DNA from: Octopus bimaculoides
Lineage: Eukaryota
Direction of reading: 5' to 3'
DNA: 64,000 bases
NCBI RefSeq assembly: GCF_001194135.2
Contig: NC_068983.1
Span: forward strand, 99,811,011 to 99,875,010
This document shows, one piece after another, positions 48,960 to 61,429 of this stretch. Each line of letters opens with the position of its first letter. Position 1 is the first letter of the stretch. Both the position numbers and the translations under genes were made by a program. Under the pieces are notes generated by a model. The model was not told where the DNA came from and ran no database searches. It worked only from the letters and a program-made list of their open reading frames with translations.

Positions 48960-49699
48960 AAATCGTTGATAACAAATCACAAAGAATGTTTGTGAATGAA
49001 TTCATTTGTATGAGATTGATTAGACATAATAGCAAGGTTATCATGACTAGTTATCTATGGATAGCTACCTATTAAATGCCAATTTAAATCAATAAAAAAA
49101 GATTGAATTATTCATATTAAAAGACTATATATAGAATTTTCATTATTTAATATGCAAGCATGGCTGTGTTTTAAGAAGTTTGCTTCCCAACCACATGGTT
49201 ACAGGTTCACTCCACTGCTACTATAATCCAGGGCTATACCAGAAGACACTCTCCCAAGGGCCCTCTGCATGGCACCCAGGGCAAATGTCTTTTACATTGA
49301 TTGCCCTGGGCCAATCAATGCCATATGAGTGGATTCAGTAAACGTAAACTGAAAGAAGGCCATTATAGATATATATTAGTGTCTGTTCCATTGCCATGGC
49401 TTCCTGTGATAATTGTAAACAAGTGTTGCCATTATATATGCAATGTCCTTTGTTTCCAATGTCTGGATACAGGGAAATAATACTACCTTGCCTGGAAACA
49501 GATGAAGGTTGACAACAGGAAGGGTATCTAGCCATAGAGAAATCTGTCTCAACAAATTCCATCCAAGTCATAGGAGCATGAAAAAGTGGATATTAAAACG
49601 ATAATTATGATGGTGTAGTGGACAAAAGGCTTATAAGCCTAATTCAAAATCACAAAGTAAGTTTGAATCTAAAACCAAAGGGTTAGAATGCAATTTCAT

Positions 49700-51253
49700 A
49701 ACTGTGGCTGCAGTATGCTGTCTGAGTGACTCGGAGTTGAGGAGACTGCATACCATGCATCACATGGGAGTGGACAGGACATTGTTCCTAGCCAGGAAAA
49801 TCGACTCCGAGGTAACGAGGCGGAGCGTGCAGAGAGTGGTTAGCAGCTGTGACAGGTGCCAGTCTATTGACCCTGCTCCGGGCGTACATGAGGCGGGAAG
49901 TATTCCAGTGGCCCACAACTGGAAACGACTGGCAGTGGACGTAACACACTACCGGCAGGGGATGTACCTCTCAATGGTTGACTGCGGACCGGGGCGGATG
50001 GCCATATGGAGGNNNNNNNNNNNNNNNNNNNNNNNNNNNNNNNNNNNNNNNNNNNNNNNNNNNNNNNNNNNNNNNNNNNNNNNNNNNNNNNNNNNNNNNN
50101 NNNNNNNNNNNNNNNNNNNNNNNNNNNNNNNNNNNNNNNNNNNNNNNNNNNNNNNNNNNNNNNNNNNNNNNNNNNNNNNNNNNNNNNNNNNNNNNNNNNN
50201 NNNNNNNNNNNNNNNNNNNNNNNNNNNNNNNNNNNNNNNNNNNNNNNNNNNNNNNNNNNNNNNNNNNNNNNNNNNNNNNNNNNNNNNNNNNNNNNNNNNN
50301 NNNNNNNNNNNNNNNNNNNNNNNNNNNNNNNNNNNNNNNNNNNNNNNNNNNNNNNNNNNNNNNNNNNNNNNNNNNNNNNNNNNNNNNNNNNNNNNNNNNN
50401 NNNNNNNNNNNNNNNNNNNNNNNNNNNNNNNNNNNNNNNNNNNNNNNNNNNNNNNNNNNNNNNNNNNNNNNNNNNNNNNNNNNNNNNNNNNNNNNNNNNN
50501 NNNNNNNNNNNNNNNNNNNNNNNNNNNNNNNNNNNNNNNNNNNNNNNNNNNNGTGCCACACAGGGCAATATTCAGGTACGATTGGAGGCACCCGTGTATT
50601 GCATCAATGCGACTCCGGGGAGAAGAAGAGCACACCTTCGTGCAGATCGGGGAAGAAGTTTGGGTAAAACCCCCAAATACACGGTGCACATCACAATGGG
50701 GGAAAGGAACTATAACCTCCATCAATTCAAAGAACAACGCCTCAGTCGATGGTATGCCATGCCATGTTTTGGATGTGTGGAAGATTGTCAGTGCTTCAGA
50801 TGATGAAGACAGCAGCAGTAGGCAAGATGATGAAGGCAGCGCGCCAGGAACTCAGGCCATTCCCGGGGTCACACAGCGACCACAGAGGGAGCGGCACCCT
50901 CCTCCCTGGTTGGCTGATTATGAAACCAATTAAGGTAGTTTAGGAGCGAGGAATGAGTGGGAGTGCCGGTTGAATGATCTATAGATCAGGGGGGCGTGTG
51001 GTGTTATGGGCTGTGATGAGCTGTATGTTGTTGGTGGAGAGAGGTGAGGNNNNNNNNNNATGGGCTGTGATGAGCTGTATGTTGTTGGTGGAGAGAGGTG
51101 AGGCAAACAGAAGTGAAGCCAGACCAGAAGGGCCAGACCGGAAGTCGGGCATACGCGGTCGAAGGCTAGCACGTGGGTCAGTCAGAAAACAGAGAGGTTA
51201 CGAGAAAGACGTGTTTTGATCAGGAGCGATTGTGTACTCCGCTGCGGTCGACA
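49700..51253 (+). mobile_element. Ty3/gypsy LTR retrotransposon, 3' portion (integrase, PPT, 3' LTR)
   Basis: Integrase HHCC region LHTMHHMGVDRT...CDRCQ and WKRLAVDVTHY..YLSMVDCG; ORF ends at 50933 across a gap. Candidate PPT AGGGGGGCG (50988-50996) and LTR TGT...ACA (50997-51253). CpG-rich. No 5' LTR seen. Confidence 0.85.
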
Positions 51254-51992
51254 AGGTAAGGTCCAACGTTTCATTCTGTCCTTTTGCTTCTTGTTGTCTT
51301 TTTCCTCCATCACACCACAATAAATTTACATTAAATTTTATTAAAGGAAATATATCTTGTAGAGCCCACTTTGGGAAATACNNNNNNNNNNNNNNNNNNN
51401 NNNNNNNNNNNNNNNNNNNNNNNNNNNNNNNNNNNNNNNNNNNNNNNNNNNNNNNNNNNNNNNNNNNNNNNNNNNNNNNNNNNNNNNNNNNNNNNNNNNN
51501 NNNNNNNNNNNNNNNNNNNNNNNNNNNNNNNNNNNNNNNNNNNNNNNNNNNNNNNNNNNNNNNNNNNNNNNNNNNNNNNNNNNNNNNNNNNNNNNNNNNN
51601 NNNNNNNNNNNNNNNNNNNNNNNNNNNNNNNNNNNNNNNNNNNNNNNNNNNNNNNNNNNNNNNNNNNNNNNNNNNNNNNNNNNNNNNNNNNNNNNNNNNN
51701 NNNNNNNNNNNNNNNNNNNNNNNNNNNNNNNNNNNNNNNNNNNNNNNNNNNNNNNNNNNNNNNNNNNNNNNNNNNNNNNNNNNNNNNNNNNNNNNNNNNN
51801 NNNNNNNNNNNNNNNNNNNNNNNNNNNNNNNNNNNNNNNNNNNNNNNNNNNNNNNNNNNNNNNNNNNNNNNNNNNNNNNNNNNNNNNNNNNNNNNNNNNN
51901 NNNNNNNNNNNNNNNNNNNNNNNNNNNNNNNNNNNNNNNNNNNNNNNNNNNNNNNNNNNNNNNNNNNNNNNNNNNNNNNNNNNNNNNNNNNN

Positions 51993-52045
<53 letters not shown>

Positions 52046-52690
52046 AACACACTCATACTATTTATTTAAGTAGAAAAAATCTTCACAGGACCATTCATTA
52101 AACAGTTGTAATGATAAATTAAAAATTCTGTGGGTACATAAAATATAATATATAATATAATATAACATTATACAATATATTCATTACAGTTTAAGGAATA
52201 AGCAATTGAATTTGCTTGGGTATCTAATTTCCAAGAAATAATGGTGTGGGTAGGCTGTTAGAGGGTTAAACCCAAATGGTAGAATAAACAATAACTAATA
52301 ACTGAATATAAAAAAATAGTGTTAAATGGAGTAAAAATGTCATAATATATCCAGAAATAGGAATTGCAAATAATTAAAAGGAATTGCAAAATAGGTATTT
52401 AAAAGTTGAAATTATAATAAAAGATTTAAATACGAGCAGTAGATGAGAAATTAAGTAAGTAAAAAGAATACAAAAATATATAACACCACAAATAAAAGAA
52501 AGAAGAAATGATAGCAATATTAGGTAGAAGCAAAGTAAAAGGCTAACAATAGAAAAAAAGGGGGAGGGAGAAGAAGAAATAAAGCAATAGATTGAAGAGA
52601 ACAAGACAGAAAAAGATAATATAGGATGTATAAGAGTGGTGGGGAGAAAGAGATTAGTTTAACGTTATGCAACATAAAATCTGATACATT

Positions 52691-53022
52691 ATTTACATTT
52701 GATGGATATTTGTCCTCATCTTGTTTGTTGCTAACACGTTTCAGCTAATATACCCTCCAGCCTTCATTAGGTGTCTTGGGGAAATTTCGAACCAGGGTTC
52801 TCATTCCTAAGGTATTTTTTTTTTTGTCGTCATCGTTGTTGTTTTTATTATTATTATTATTCAGGTCACTGCCTGGGATCAAACTCGGAATCTTGGGGTT
52901 AGTAGTCTGCGCTCTTAACCACTACACCATATGGCCATGGGCATATGATGTAGTGGTTAAGAGCACAGGCTACTGACTCCAAGATTCTGAGTTTGATCCC
53001 AGGCAGTGATCTGAATAATGGT

Positions 53023-53083
<61 letters not shown>

Positions 53084-53221
53084 GCAACATAAAAAAATAC
53101 CTTAGGAATGAGAACCCAGGTTCGAAATTTCCCCAAGACACTTGATGAAGGCTGGAGGGTATTTCAGCTGAAACGTGTTAACAATAAACAAGATAAGGAC
53201 AAATATCCGTCAAATGTAAAT
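52691..53221. repeat. Spacer-less palindrome of two head-to-head SINE-like elements (tRNA head, AAT repeat, hammerhead-like tail)
   Basis: 52691-52937 is the diverged reverse complement of 52938-53221, with the centre in CCATGG. Each arm has A box TAGTGGTTAAGAGC and B box GAGTTTGATCCC. Confidence 0.9.
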
Positions 53222-53574
53222 GTACATAATTCCTCATCTCTTAAATATGGAACGATAAAATCTGATGTAATGAACGTCATATATCAAAGATCACTGAAAT
53301 GGTGGTGGTGGCCTGAAAGTTGATATGAACAGATAGGCAAAAGACAGAAAGAGTAAGATTAATAATAATAGAGAAAGCTTAAGAGAATAATGTACAAACA
53401 CACATACACAGTAGAAAATGTAAATGAAAAAATATATGTACATAAGAAAATATATGTCATAAAAATGCATCTGCATCTAAATGCTCACGCAAATATGTAT
53501 TTGTACATACTTATTAATACATATAAGGTATACATACATATATGAAAATATATATACAAACATACATCTATATA

Positions 53575-53905
53575 AAGTCCCCTTTGGTCATGAATGACCA
53601 TGGGATTGCACCTAGAAAGTTCCCCTCTAAGGCATAAGTCTGAGCAAGGTTGTTTATAGAAGACCAGTAGTTGCCCATGCATACCAGCCACCCATCTGCA
53701 TACCACTGATGTTATCCAAGGAAAAGGCAAAGGCTGAGACAGCTTGAAACTAGTGGTGTTGTAACTCTTTTCTACAGCAGAGTAACTAGAGGATCATGAA
53801 ATAAAGTGTTTTGCTCAAGAACACAACACATAGCCTGGTCCAGGAATCAAACTCACTAACTCATGATTGTGAGCCCGACACTCTAACCACTGATCCATGT
53901 GCCTT
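53575..53905 (-). mobile_element. tRNA-derived SINE family D, near full length
   Basis: Minus-strand head CAGTGGTTAGAGTG...GAGTTTGATTCCTGG, core GTGTTCTTGAGCAAAACACTTT, tail CCCATGGTCATTCATGACCAAAGGG. Confidence 0.75.
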
Positions 53906-54677
53906 CAACATCTATACACACACACATGCCCAAATATATAGAATATATAGATACATGCAAAACAACATACAAATATACATAAAAACCGTTTAAATATGTA
54001 CACATGAAGTATATATACATGCCCACAAAATGTTTATATAATTCATAGAAATAGGTAAGTATGTCAAACATGCAAACAAGAAACTGACGAAGAGAGAAAA
54101 GCAAGTTGTGTATAGAGATAAGAGTAATTTAGGATGAGTTAAAAATTATAAATAGTTAAAATATAGTAAATATTAAAGATTAAATTTCTCTGTAAGATTG
54201 GTGGCTATTGAAAGCTTCACAGGTTTAGTATACTAGTTTTATGAAAAAAATATGATTTTATAAAGACCTAAATTTCTAGCAATAGCATACAAAACACAAA
54301 AATAAAATATAGAAAAAAGAAATGAATAGAACTTGCAATACCTTCAGAAATACACAATTATATTAAAATAATGACAATAAAAAATTTTTTCTGGTCTTGA
54401 ACTTAAAATATACATATGTAAAATGATTGGGAAAAGCCATGGATAAAATGCATTGTATAGACTGACAAAAAAATAATAATTTAAAACATTCAAAGAGGGA
54501 GATAGTTTGTAATAAAAGTCGATTTTTTATTAAAAAAAAAAAAGGCAGGGAATATGTGATAAAAATGGGGATATATTGTAAAGTCCAAATAGGCAATCCA
54601 TTTAGAATCATTTGGCAGCACATAAGGTACCTAGAAGCAGGTCTGCAAAAACCCAGGAGCTCTGTCTTGTGGTTTAA

Positions 54678-54897
54678 CCCTTTAGTCTTTAAACCGGCCA
54701 TATCTGGCCCAGATATTCTACATGTTTTATATTCAAACTGGCGATATCTAGCCTCTCACACCTAACCTACATTGATATTCTAAAAATAAACAATCACATC
54801 ATTGAAACCTCAAAGCTATAAGATAATACATGATTAATTCAAAACAATTTGAGTGAAAAAATATTACATTTGACAGAGTAATCTGAACACTAAAGGG
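54678..54897. mobile_element. piggyBac-type MITE, 220 bp
   Basis: TTAA|CCCTTTAG ... CTAAAGGG|TTAA (TTAA at 54674-54677 and 54898-54901). Confidence 0.8.
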
Positions 54898-54989
54898 TTA
54901 ATGCATGTTTATCCTGGAAAAGGATAAAAATCTTCTTACTCAGGTATAATAGACATTTCACTGTGTTCCTATCTAACCCGTGACTGTAT

Positions 54990-55830
54990 GGGGTAGCCTC
55001 CTCGAATATGGACTAATAAATTTTAAATGGGAAAGACCCTGCTCCTTTTAATTGCCATACATGTTTGGCCAGGTTCATTGCTGACCTGTTTTCCAGGGAC
55101 TTGAAGAAATTTCTATGTGAATATGATTTCATTTTGAAGCTATTTTCTGTGGAACCTGTGTGTTTTGTACATATTGTTGTTATCCAGCTGAATCTTATCT
55201 CTGTATACAATGCCTTTGATTAAGCAACTTCCATCTAAAGGCAGCTACTTGATCTTTACAATTATATTTTGGATCAGATTCTCCTGTGACACCATTAGTT
55301 CTGTTCAGAATGGTTGTATTATGCTGGTTTATAAACAAGGTGAAGTTTTTGCAACAAGAATAGCTAACCTTTTGTGTTCCTCTATTGAGAATTCTATGAT
55401 ACTTATGACTTGTTGGAAAATGTCTAGAAACTAGATTTCAAAGTTCCCTACCTACATTGGTTCTAACAGTAATGCTAAAAATTGGATTGTACCACAAAAC
55501 CTTCCTCGTTTTAGTTCTACAGGTCCTATTGTGGTTATTTCCATTATCAATATAGTGGATCTTCATTTTGCATAGCATCATCATAATATAGGGAGGCATC
55601 ATGAAAGACTGCCTTGTCTGATGACAATGATGAAATGCACTTTCCTATATAGACTTTTGTCAGTAATAAGAAATTAAAGAAATGTGTAAATGTTTGGATG
55701 ACATCTACAAACAAATTGTTGCAATGGACAGATTTCTGCTTGTCAAACAAAAGAAATCTGCTGAATCACAAATAGACCACCATATCTGGCTCACATCACA
55801 CACTCACATATACCTTATGATCAACTGGCT
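54990..55830 (-). mobile_element. Penelope-like element remnant (RT thumb, linker, GIY-YIG endonuclease)
   Basis: Minus strand gives RKVLWYNPIFSITVRTNVGREL*NLVSRHFPTSHKYHRILNRGTQKVSYSCCKN...HNTTIL, then YNCK...LDGSCLIKGIVY and HTGSTENSFK...NLAKHVWQLK. Frameshifted. Confidence 0.85.
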
Positions 55831-55957
55831 ATCTACCATTTGTTTTCTTTCTCTACTTTATATCTACAGAGGATTGTTAATTTCCACCTATATACTTGCA
55901 TAAACCTATTTTATGAATCTAATAATATAGTTGCCTTGAAACATACACACTTCTATA

Positions 55958-56105
55958 CATGATGGGCTTCTTTCAGTTTCTGTCTACCAAATCCACTCAC
56001 AAGGTTTTGATCAAGGCTATAATAGAAGACATTTACCCAGGATGTTATACAGTGGGACTGAACCCTGAACCATGTGACTGGGAAGCAAACTTTTTATTTC
56101 ACACC
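55958..56105 (-). mobile_element. SINE family B, head portion
   Basis: GATGGGCTTCTTTCAGTTTCTGTCTACCAAATCCACTCACAAGG...GTGGGACTGAACCC. Confidence 0.8.
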
Positions 56106-57432
56106 CATAAGTGTATATGTGTGTATGTCCATGTATGTGTGATTGTGTGTGTGTATTTGAATGTATGTATTTATGTGTGTGTGTGTGTGTGTGTGTGTTA
56201 ATGTTTCACTTAGGCATGGCAATACAAGTAACCTGATGTTAGAACTCTATAAACATATGCAGCTGAATAAAGCATTAGTTGAGTACAGAATGCAAAATGA
56301 AATTAGATAAATGACAAAGGAACAGAAAATCATACAATGAAGTTCATTAGCTTACAGTTGTTTCTGTTATAAGGTGCAATGTGCTTGAAGCTAAGTGCCT
56401 GTGCATCACCTCATAGCTTCCTTGGAGCTTCCAAAATGAAGTGCAAGTCTACGTTGGAAAACACTTACATATAGAAAAGATCACTGTTGAAAAATATAAA
56501 AATACATAAGAAATAGAATTTCAAGGATAAAAGCCATGCCCCAAAATATGAAGATTTAGGTAATTTTGTGTATTCATATATATATATAGATATATAATGG
56601 ACTGTCCTGTTGAAGACAACATATGAGTGTTCAGCTTTTACCGAATGACCTGCACAAGTGATTTGTTTATAGTGATCAAATGTTCATACTGTACAATAGT
56701 TCGCTCCCTCCATCAAATCGACGTCTGAACAGGAGCACTGTGTACCATGTGTCAGAGCAATGTGAGATGAAGTGTTTTGCTCAAAAACACAACGCACCAC
56801 CCAGTCTAGGAATTAAAATCACGAATGCTAGATCAAGAGTACAACACCCCAACCACTAAGCCATGCACTCTCATCATATATGTATGTATGTATGTATGTA
56901 TAAACAAAGTGCATGATGAATCTCTGGATAAATAACTATTCATACACATACTTAAAAGATAAACAGAACACTGTACATATGACTAGCCATATGAATCCAG
57001 ATACAAAAAAGCTAATGGACACAGATAGAAAGTGAGAGCATCTAAAATCTAGAAAGAATAAATGAAAAAGCAAAATAGATGAAGAAAGGGCTTGTTATGG
57101 TCATAAAACTGTCGATGAGATTAACAGATTTAAAGAATCTAGCCAGACTAACAACATACACACATACATATATGTCATCATTGTCATCTTCATCATCATT
57201 TAACATCCACTTTTCCAAGGGTGCAAGGGTCTGACAAAATTTGAGTCAGATTTCATAAGGCCAGAAACCTTACCTATAACCAACCTTCACCTGTTTCCAA
57301 GCAAGGTTATATTTCCCCAGACATGCTCTCACAGAATATTGAAAATTAATGACACTGCTTGTACAACAGAGACACTCATCTACAACTATTACACAGTGTC
57401 AAGACAATTAGACACAAACACTTACACACTCA

Positions 57433-57476
<44 letters not shown>

Positions 57477-57632
57477 CAACAGGCTTTCAGTTTCCCCCTA
57501 CCAAATCCACTCACAAGGCTTTAGTCAGTCTGGGGCTATATTAGAAGACACTTGCCCAAAGTGCCATGCAGTGGGACTGAAATCAGAACCATGTGGTTCA
57601 GAAGCAAACTTCTTACCACACAGTCACACCTA
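57477..57632 (-). mobile_element. SINE family B, head portion
   Basis: CCAAATCCACTCACAAGGCTTTAG...GACACTTGCCCAAAGTGCCATGCAGTGGGACTGAAATC. Confidence 0.8.
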
Positions 57633-57818
57633 TACATATATATAGATATATATCTCCAATATTATCAATATTATAATGTCAGAAGTGCTTGTATGTATTC
57701 TTATTTTCAGTCTGTAACTTTTTGAGACACTTCACTTATTTGGGATGTCCTGCATCTTTAGTTACTCAGTAATCCTGCTTAACCTTTACACGCACGCATA
57801 TATCTATACACATGCAGG

Positions 57819-57819
<1 letters not shown>

Positions 57820-57907
<88 letters not shown>

Positions 57908-58040
57908 AAACAGAAGGTCTTAGAAATTTACTAAAAAATCTTTTTATGAAATAAAATTGACCTTATATTTACATTGATTAAGAGACCCTTCAAATAGATA
58001 AGTAGGTAGATAGTTAGATTTAACAGACTGACAGACAGAC

Positions 58041-58114
<74 letters not shown>

Positions 58115-58175
58115 CAAAAGAAAGAGAAAGAGAGCAAAAGAAAGAGAAAGAGAGAGCAAAAGAAAGAGAAAGATA
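57820..58175. repeat. Compound microsatellite cluster (CA)n, (TA)n, (GA)n plus a short purine minisatellite
   Basis: About 40 CA units at 57820-57900, TA/GA runs at 58043-58110, and three GAGCAAAAGAAAGAGAAA units. Confidence 0.9.
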
Positions 58176-58326
58176 TGAAAAAAAGGAGAATGAGTTCACA
58201 AACTTTACTACATAATCCAACAAACATTGTTTCCCTTGTATTTAACTTTTTTGAAGTGTATCTTAATGATTATAGCTATAAAGTCAATTACATGTGCATT
58301 TGCGTGTACATACATACATACATACA

Positions 58327-58360
<34 letters not shown>

Positions 58361-58680
58361 CATACATATGCATGTATATATAAAAAGAACTTTTTTTTCA
58401 CCCATTCCCTTCTGGTCATTTTAAAATGTAACTACATCTGGATCGTTGCTGATTTTTTTTCCTCCGTCTTCCTTTTCTCTTGGATTTTCTTTTGTCTCCT
58501 GTTTCTAAAGAAAAGCTTGAAATGTAAAATTACCTTCCTTTCCTTCCCTGAGCGTCTCTTAATACTTTACATGTACCATGTCCTCACGTAGTTGTTTTTT
58601 TCTTGTGTTTTTGCTTTGTTTTTTTAGGGGGATTAACTATATATATATATATATATATAAATATATGTATGTATATATAT

Positions 58681-58870
58681 TCGCCATGATAGATCGCTAG
58701 CCACTACACATTCTTTTTTTCTCTCCTTGTTTCTTTCTGTGTTCCTTTCTGTGGAAGAGCGTAGGCTTGAAACGTTAAGGACTTTTTCACTTCCCGAGCA
58801 TGATACTAATATATCTGTTTATTGTCTACACCACCTGTCATCGTCTTTTGTTTTTTTTTATGAATTCTCC
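58681..58870 (+). repeat. Penelope-terminal-like repeat with a minimal hammerhead-like motif
   Basis: CTTT-CTGTGGA-A-GAGC-GTAG-GCTT-GAAACGT-T-AAGG at 58745-58780. A diverged inverse copy lies at ~16.0-16.1 kb. Confidence 0.5.
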
Positions 58871-59023
58871 CTATNNNNNNNNNNNNNNNNNNNNNNNNNN
58901 NNNNNNNNNNNNNNNNNNNNNNNNNNNNNNNNNNNNNNNNNNNNNNNNNNNNNNNNNNNNNNNNNNNNNNNNNNNNNNNNNNNNNNNNNNNNNNNNNNNN
59001 NNNNNNNNNNNNNNNNNNNNNNN

Positions 59024-59064
<41 letters not shown>

Positions 59065-59067
<3 letters not shown>

Positions 59068-59705
59068 GAAGTCTGATCAGTAAGTATCCAGACTGTTGCT
59101 ATGGTAACGAAGCTAAAGCACAGTTTAAAAGCTCTTACCAAAGATTGACCTTGACCTCTGCTGTGTATGCAGACTAAGTTTTAACATTCAAGCTCACTTG
59201 AAAGGAAGGTGTGTAGCATGTGATCGTTGCATTGACCATGACAGAGAAAGTCGTCATGGTGATACCTGCTCAGAGGCCTATGCAAAGTTGTAGAAAGTGT
59301 ATGAGCCACACACAAGTGTATGACTGGTTCAATGTCAATATTTGACAAATGTTCTGAGAGATTCACAACCAGCAGATCAGAGAAGAACATCACAGATGTG
59401 CATGCAACTGTGAGAGGAAATCGTTGAATCACCATCTGTGAATTAGAGGATGTGCAGATTAGTTATGGTTCAGTTCAGTCCATTATCACTGAAGATTTGA
59501 ATATGAGATGCATGTCTGCCAAGTTTGTGCCAACACTGCTTTCAGCTGACCAAAAAGACACTCAGGTTTCAGTTGCACAAGATCTTGATTGTGTCAGGAA
59601 TGATGAAAACTTTTTGAAAACTTTGCGTAGGCCTCTTTTGGCAAAATTTGATGCAAATCCACTGCTTAACTTTCTCTGTCATGGTCAATGCAACAATCAC
59701 TTCCT
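59065..59705 (+). mobile_element. Rearranged mariner element (left TIR, transposase N-terminus, inverted duplicate)
   Basis: Starts ACGAAGTCTGATCAGTAAGTATCC and encodes VQISYGSVQSIITEDLNMRCMSAKFVPTLLS. 59619-59700 is an inverted copy of the start-codon region. Confidence 0.8.
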
Positions 59706-59744
59706 TCCAGGTCCTGCTATAAACAGTGGAAGTGAGGTAGAATG

Positions 59745-59880
59745 GAGTGGTTGGTGTTAGGAAGGGCATCCAGCAATAGAAACGAAACCAAAACAGACTA
59801 TGAAACTTGGTGCGGATCCTGGCCTTGCCAGTTCGTCTCAAACCATCCAGTCCATACCAGCATTTAAAAACATGTTAAAT
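59745..59880 (+). mobile_element. RTE 3' tail fragment followed by (ATT)n/(CAT)n
   Basis: GAGTGGTTGGTGTTAGGAAGGGCATCCAGC...CATCCAGTCCATACCAGCAT. Confidence 0.7.
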
Positions 59881-59897
59881 GTTGATTATTATTGTTA

Positions 59898-59952
<55 letters not shown>

Positions 59953-61429
59953 CATGATCATCATGATCATCATCGTCATTATTATTATTATTTAATTACT
60001 GTTTGATTTGGCTCCATCATCATCATTATCATCATCGCACAACTTAAAGCTTCGTAAACTCATTGTACGAATCTAACTCATCAAGGATAGTTGACCGAAT
60101 GGAGAGATGAAGAAGCTCAAGATGGGCTTATATATATNNNNNNNNNNNNNNNNNNNNNNNNNNNNNNNNNNNNNNNNNNNNNNNNNNNNNNNNNNNNNNN
60201 NNNNNNNNNNNNNNNNNNNNNNNNNNNNNNNNNNNNNNNNNNNNNNNNNNNNNNNNNNNNNNNNNNNNNNNNNNNNNNNNNNNNNNNNNNNNNNNNNNNN
60301 NNNNNNNNNNNNNNNNNNNNNNNNNNNNNNNNNNNNNNNNNNNNNNNNNNNNNNNNNNNNNNNNNNNNNNNNNNNNNNNNNNNNNNNNNNNNNNNNNNNN
60401 NNNNNNNNNNNNNNNNNNNNNNNNNNNNNNNNNNNNNNNNNNNNNNNNNNNNNNNNNNNNNNNNNNNNNNNNNNNNNNNNNNNNNNNNNNNNNNNNNNNN
60501 NNNNNNNNNNNNNNNNATCCCGTCTATATTTTGATCATTATCCTTTGTGTGTGTGTGTGTGCATTTGCCCTGACATGACACAACACTTGTAAACAAGCAT
60601 CATTGCTTTACAAATGGCGTTGTTCATTCCAACCTATGAAAGCAATGTCAGGTCACTTTTCCATGCTTGTATATGTGAGATGGAATTTGTTGAGGAAATT
60701 TTTTATGGCTAGATGCCCCTCTTGTCGTCGATCCTTTTTTGTTTCTAAGCAAGATAATATTACCCCTTGACAGGATTTGTTTTAATGGAAGATTGGAAAT
60801 GAATAACACAACCTGTATGATGGTAATACCCACTTGACAATTACCATGTGATTTCAAGAAGAGGAGGGACACACACACACACACACATGTACATAAATGA
60901 TGATTGCCATTTCTTTATAGAAATGCTGTCATGAGATCTCATATGTCTAGTAAGGCTAGACAAACAGACCCTACTTCAAGCAGAAAAGTATTTGGAATTG
61001 AAGTCAAGCCAGCCACGTAGCCAGCCGATTGCAACTGGGGGTGCTATCTTGATAGCTGGAGGTGCTGAACAGGGGTATGGACAAAAGCCCCTACTTAAAG
61101 TGTGAAAGTGGACAAAAGCCCCATGCTATATTTTTCAGTTATTATTCTTTTTTTCTTTTTCTTTTTTTTTTTTCACATTTCTTGATGCCTAACCTGATCA
61201 AAACTTCTGATATATTTCGTTTTTATTTTTATTTTACTTGTTGCAATCATTAAACTGAGGCCATGCTGGGGCATCACCTCGAAGAATTTTTAGCCGAATA
61301 TATCAACTCCAATATTTTTTTTAATGATTTTCACCAAGCACATAGTTAAGCCTAAAAGGTCTTTCTACATGCTAGAGATAACAGCCAAATCTTTAAACAC
61401 TATTTTTATATAATTTCAAATAAACATCG

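Noticed and set aside
51006-51103. Apparent tandem repeat within the gypsy LTR
   Set aside because: Identical 44 bp copies flank a 10-N gap, which indicates an assembly artefact.
19381-53905. tRNA genes at the A/B-box sequences (e.g. 19600-19678, 38697-38770, 52938-53010)
   Set aside because: Each continues into a shared SINE body, and no complete cloverleaf with an acceptor stem and T-run terminator was seen.
55180-55560. Selenocysteine-coding Penelope (Naiad-type), suggested by the in-frame TGA at 55438-55440
   Set aside because: The TGA is not at a conserved Cys position. The conserved Cys sites use TGT/TGC or are mutated, and the copy is frameshifted.
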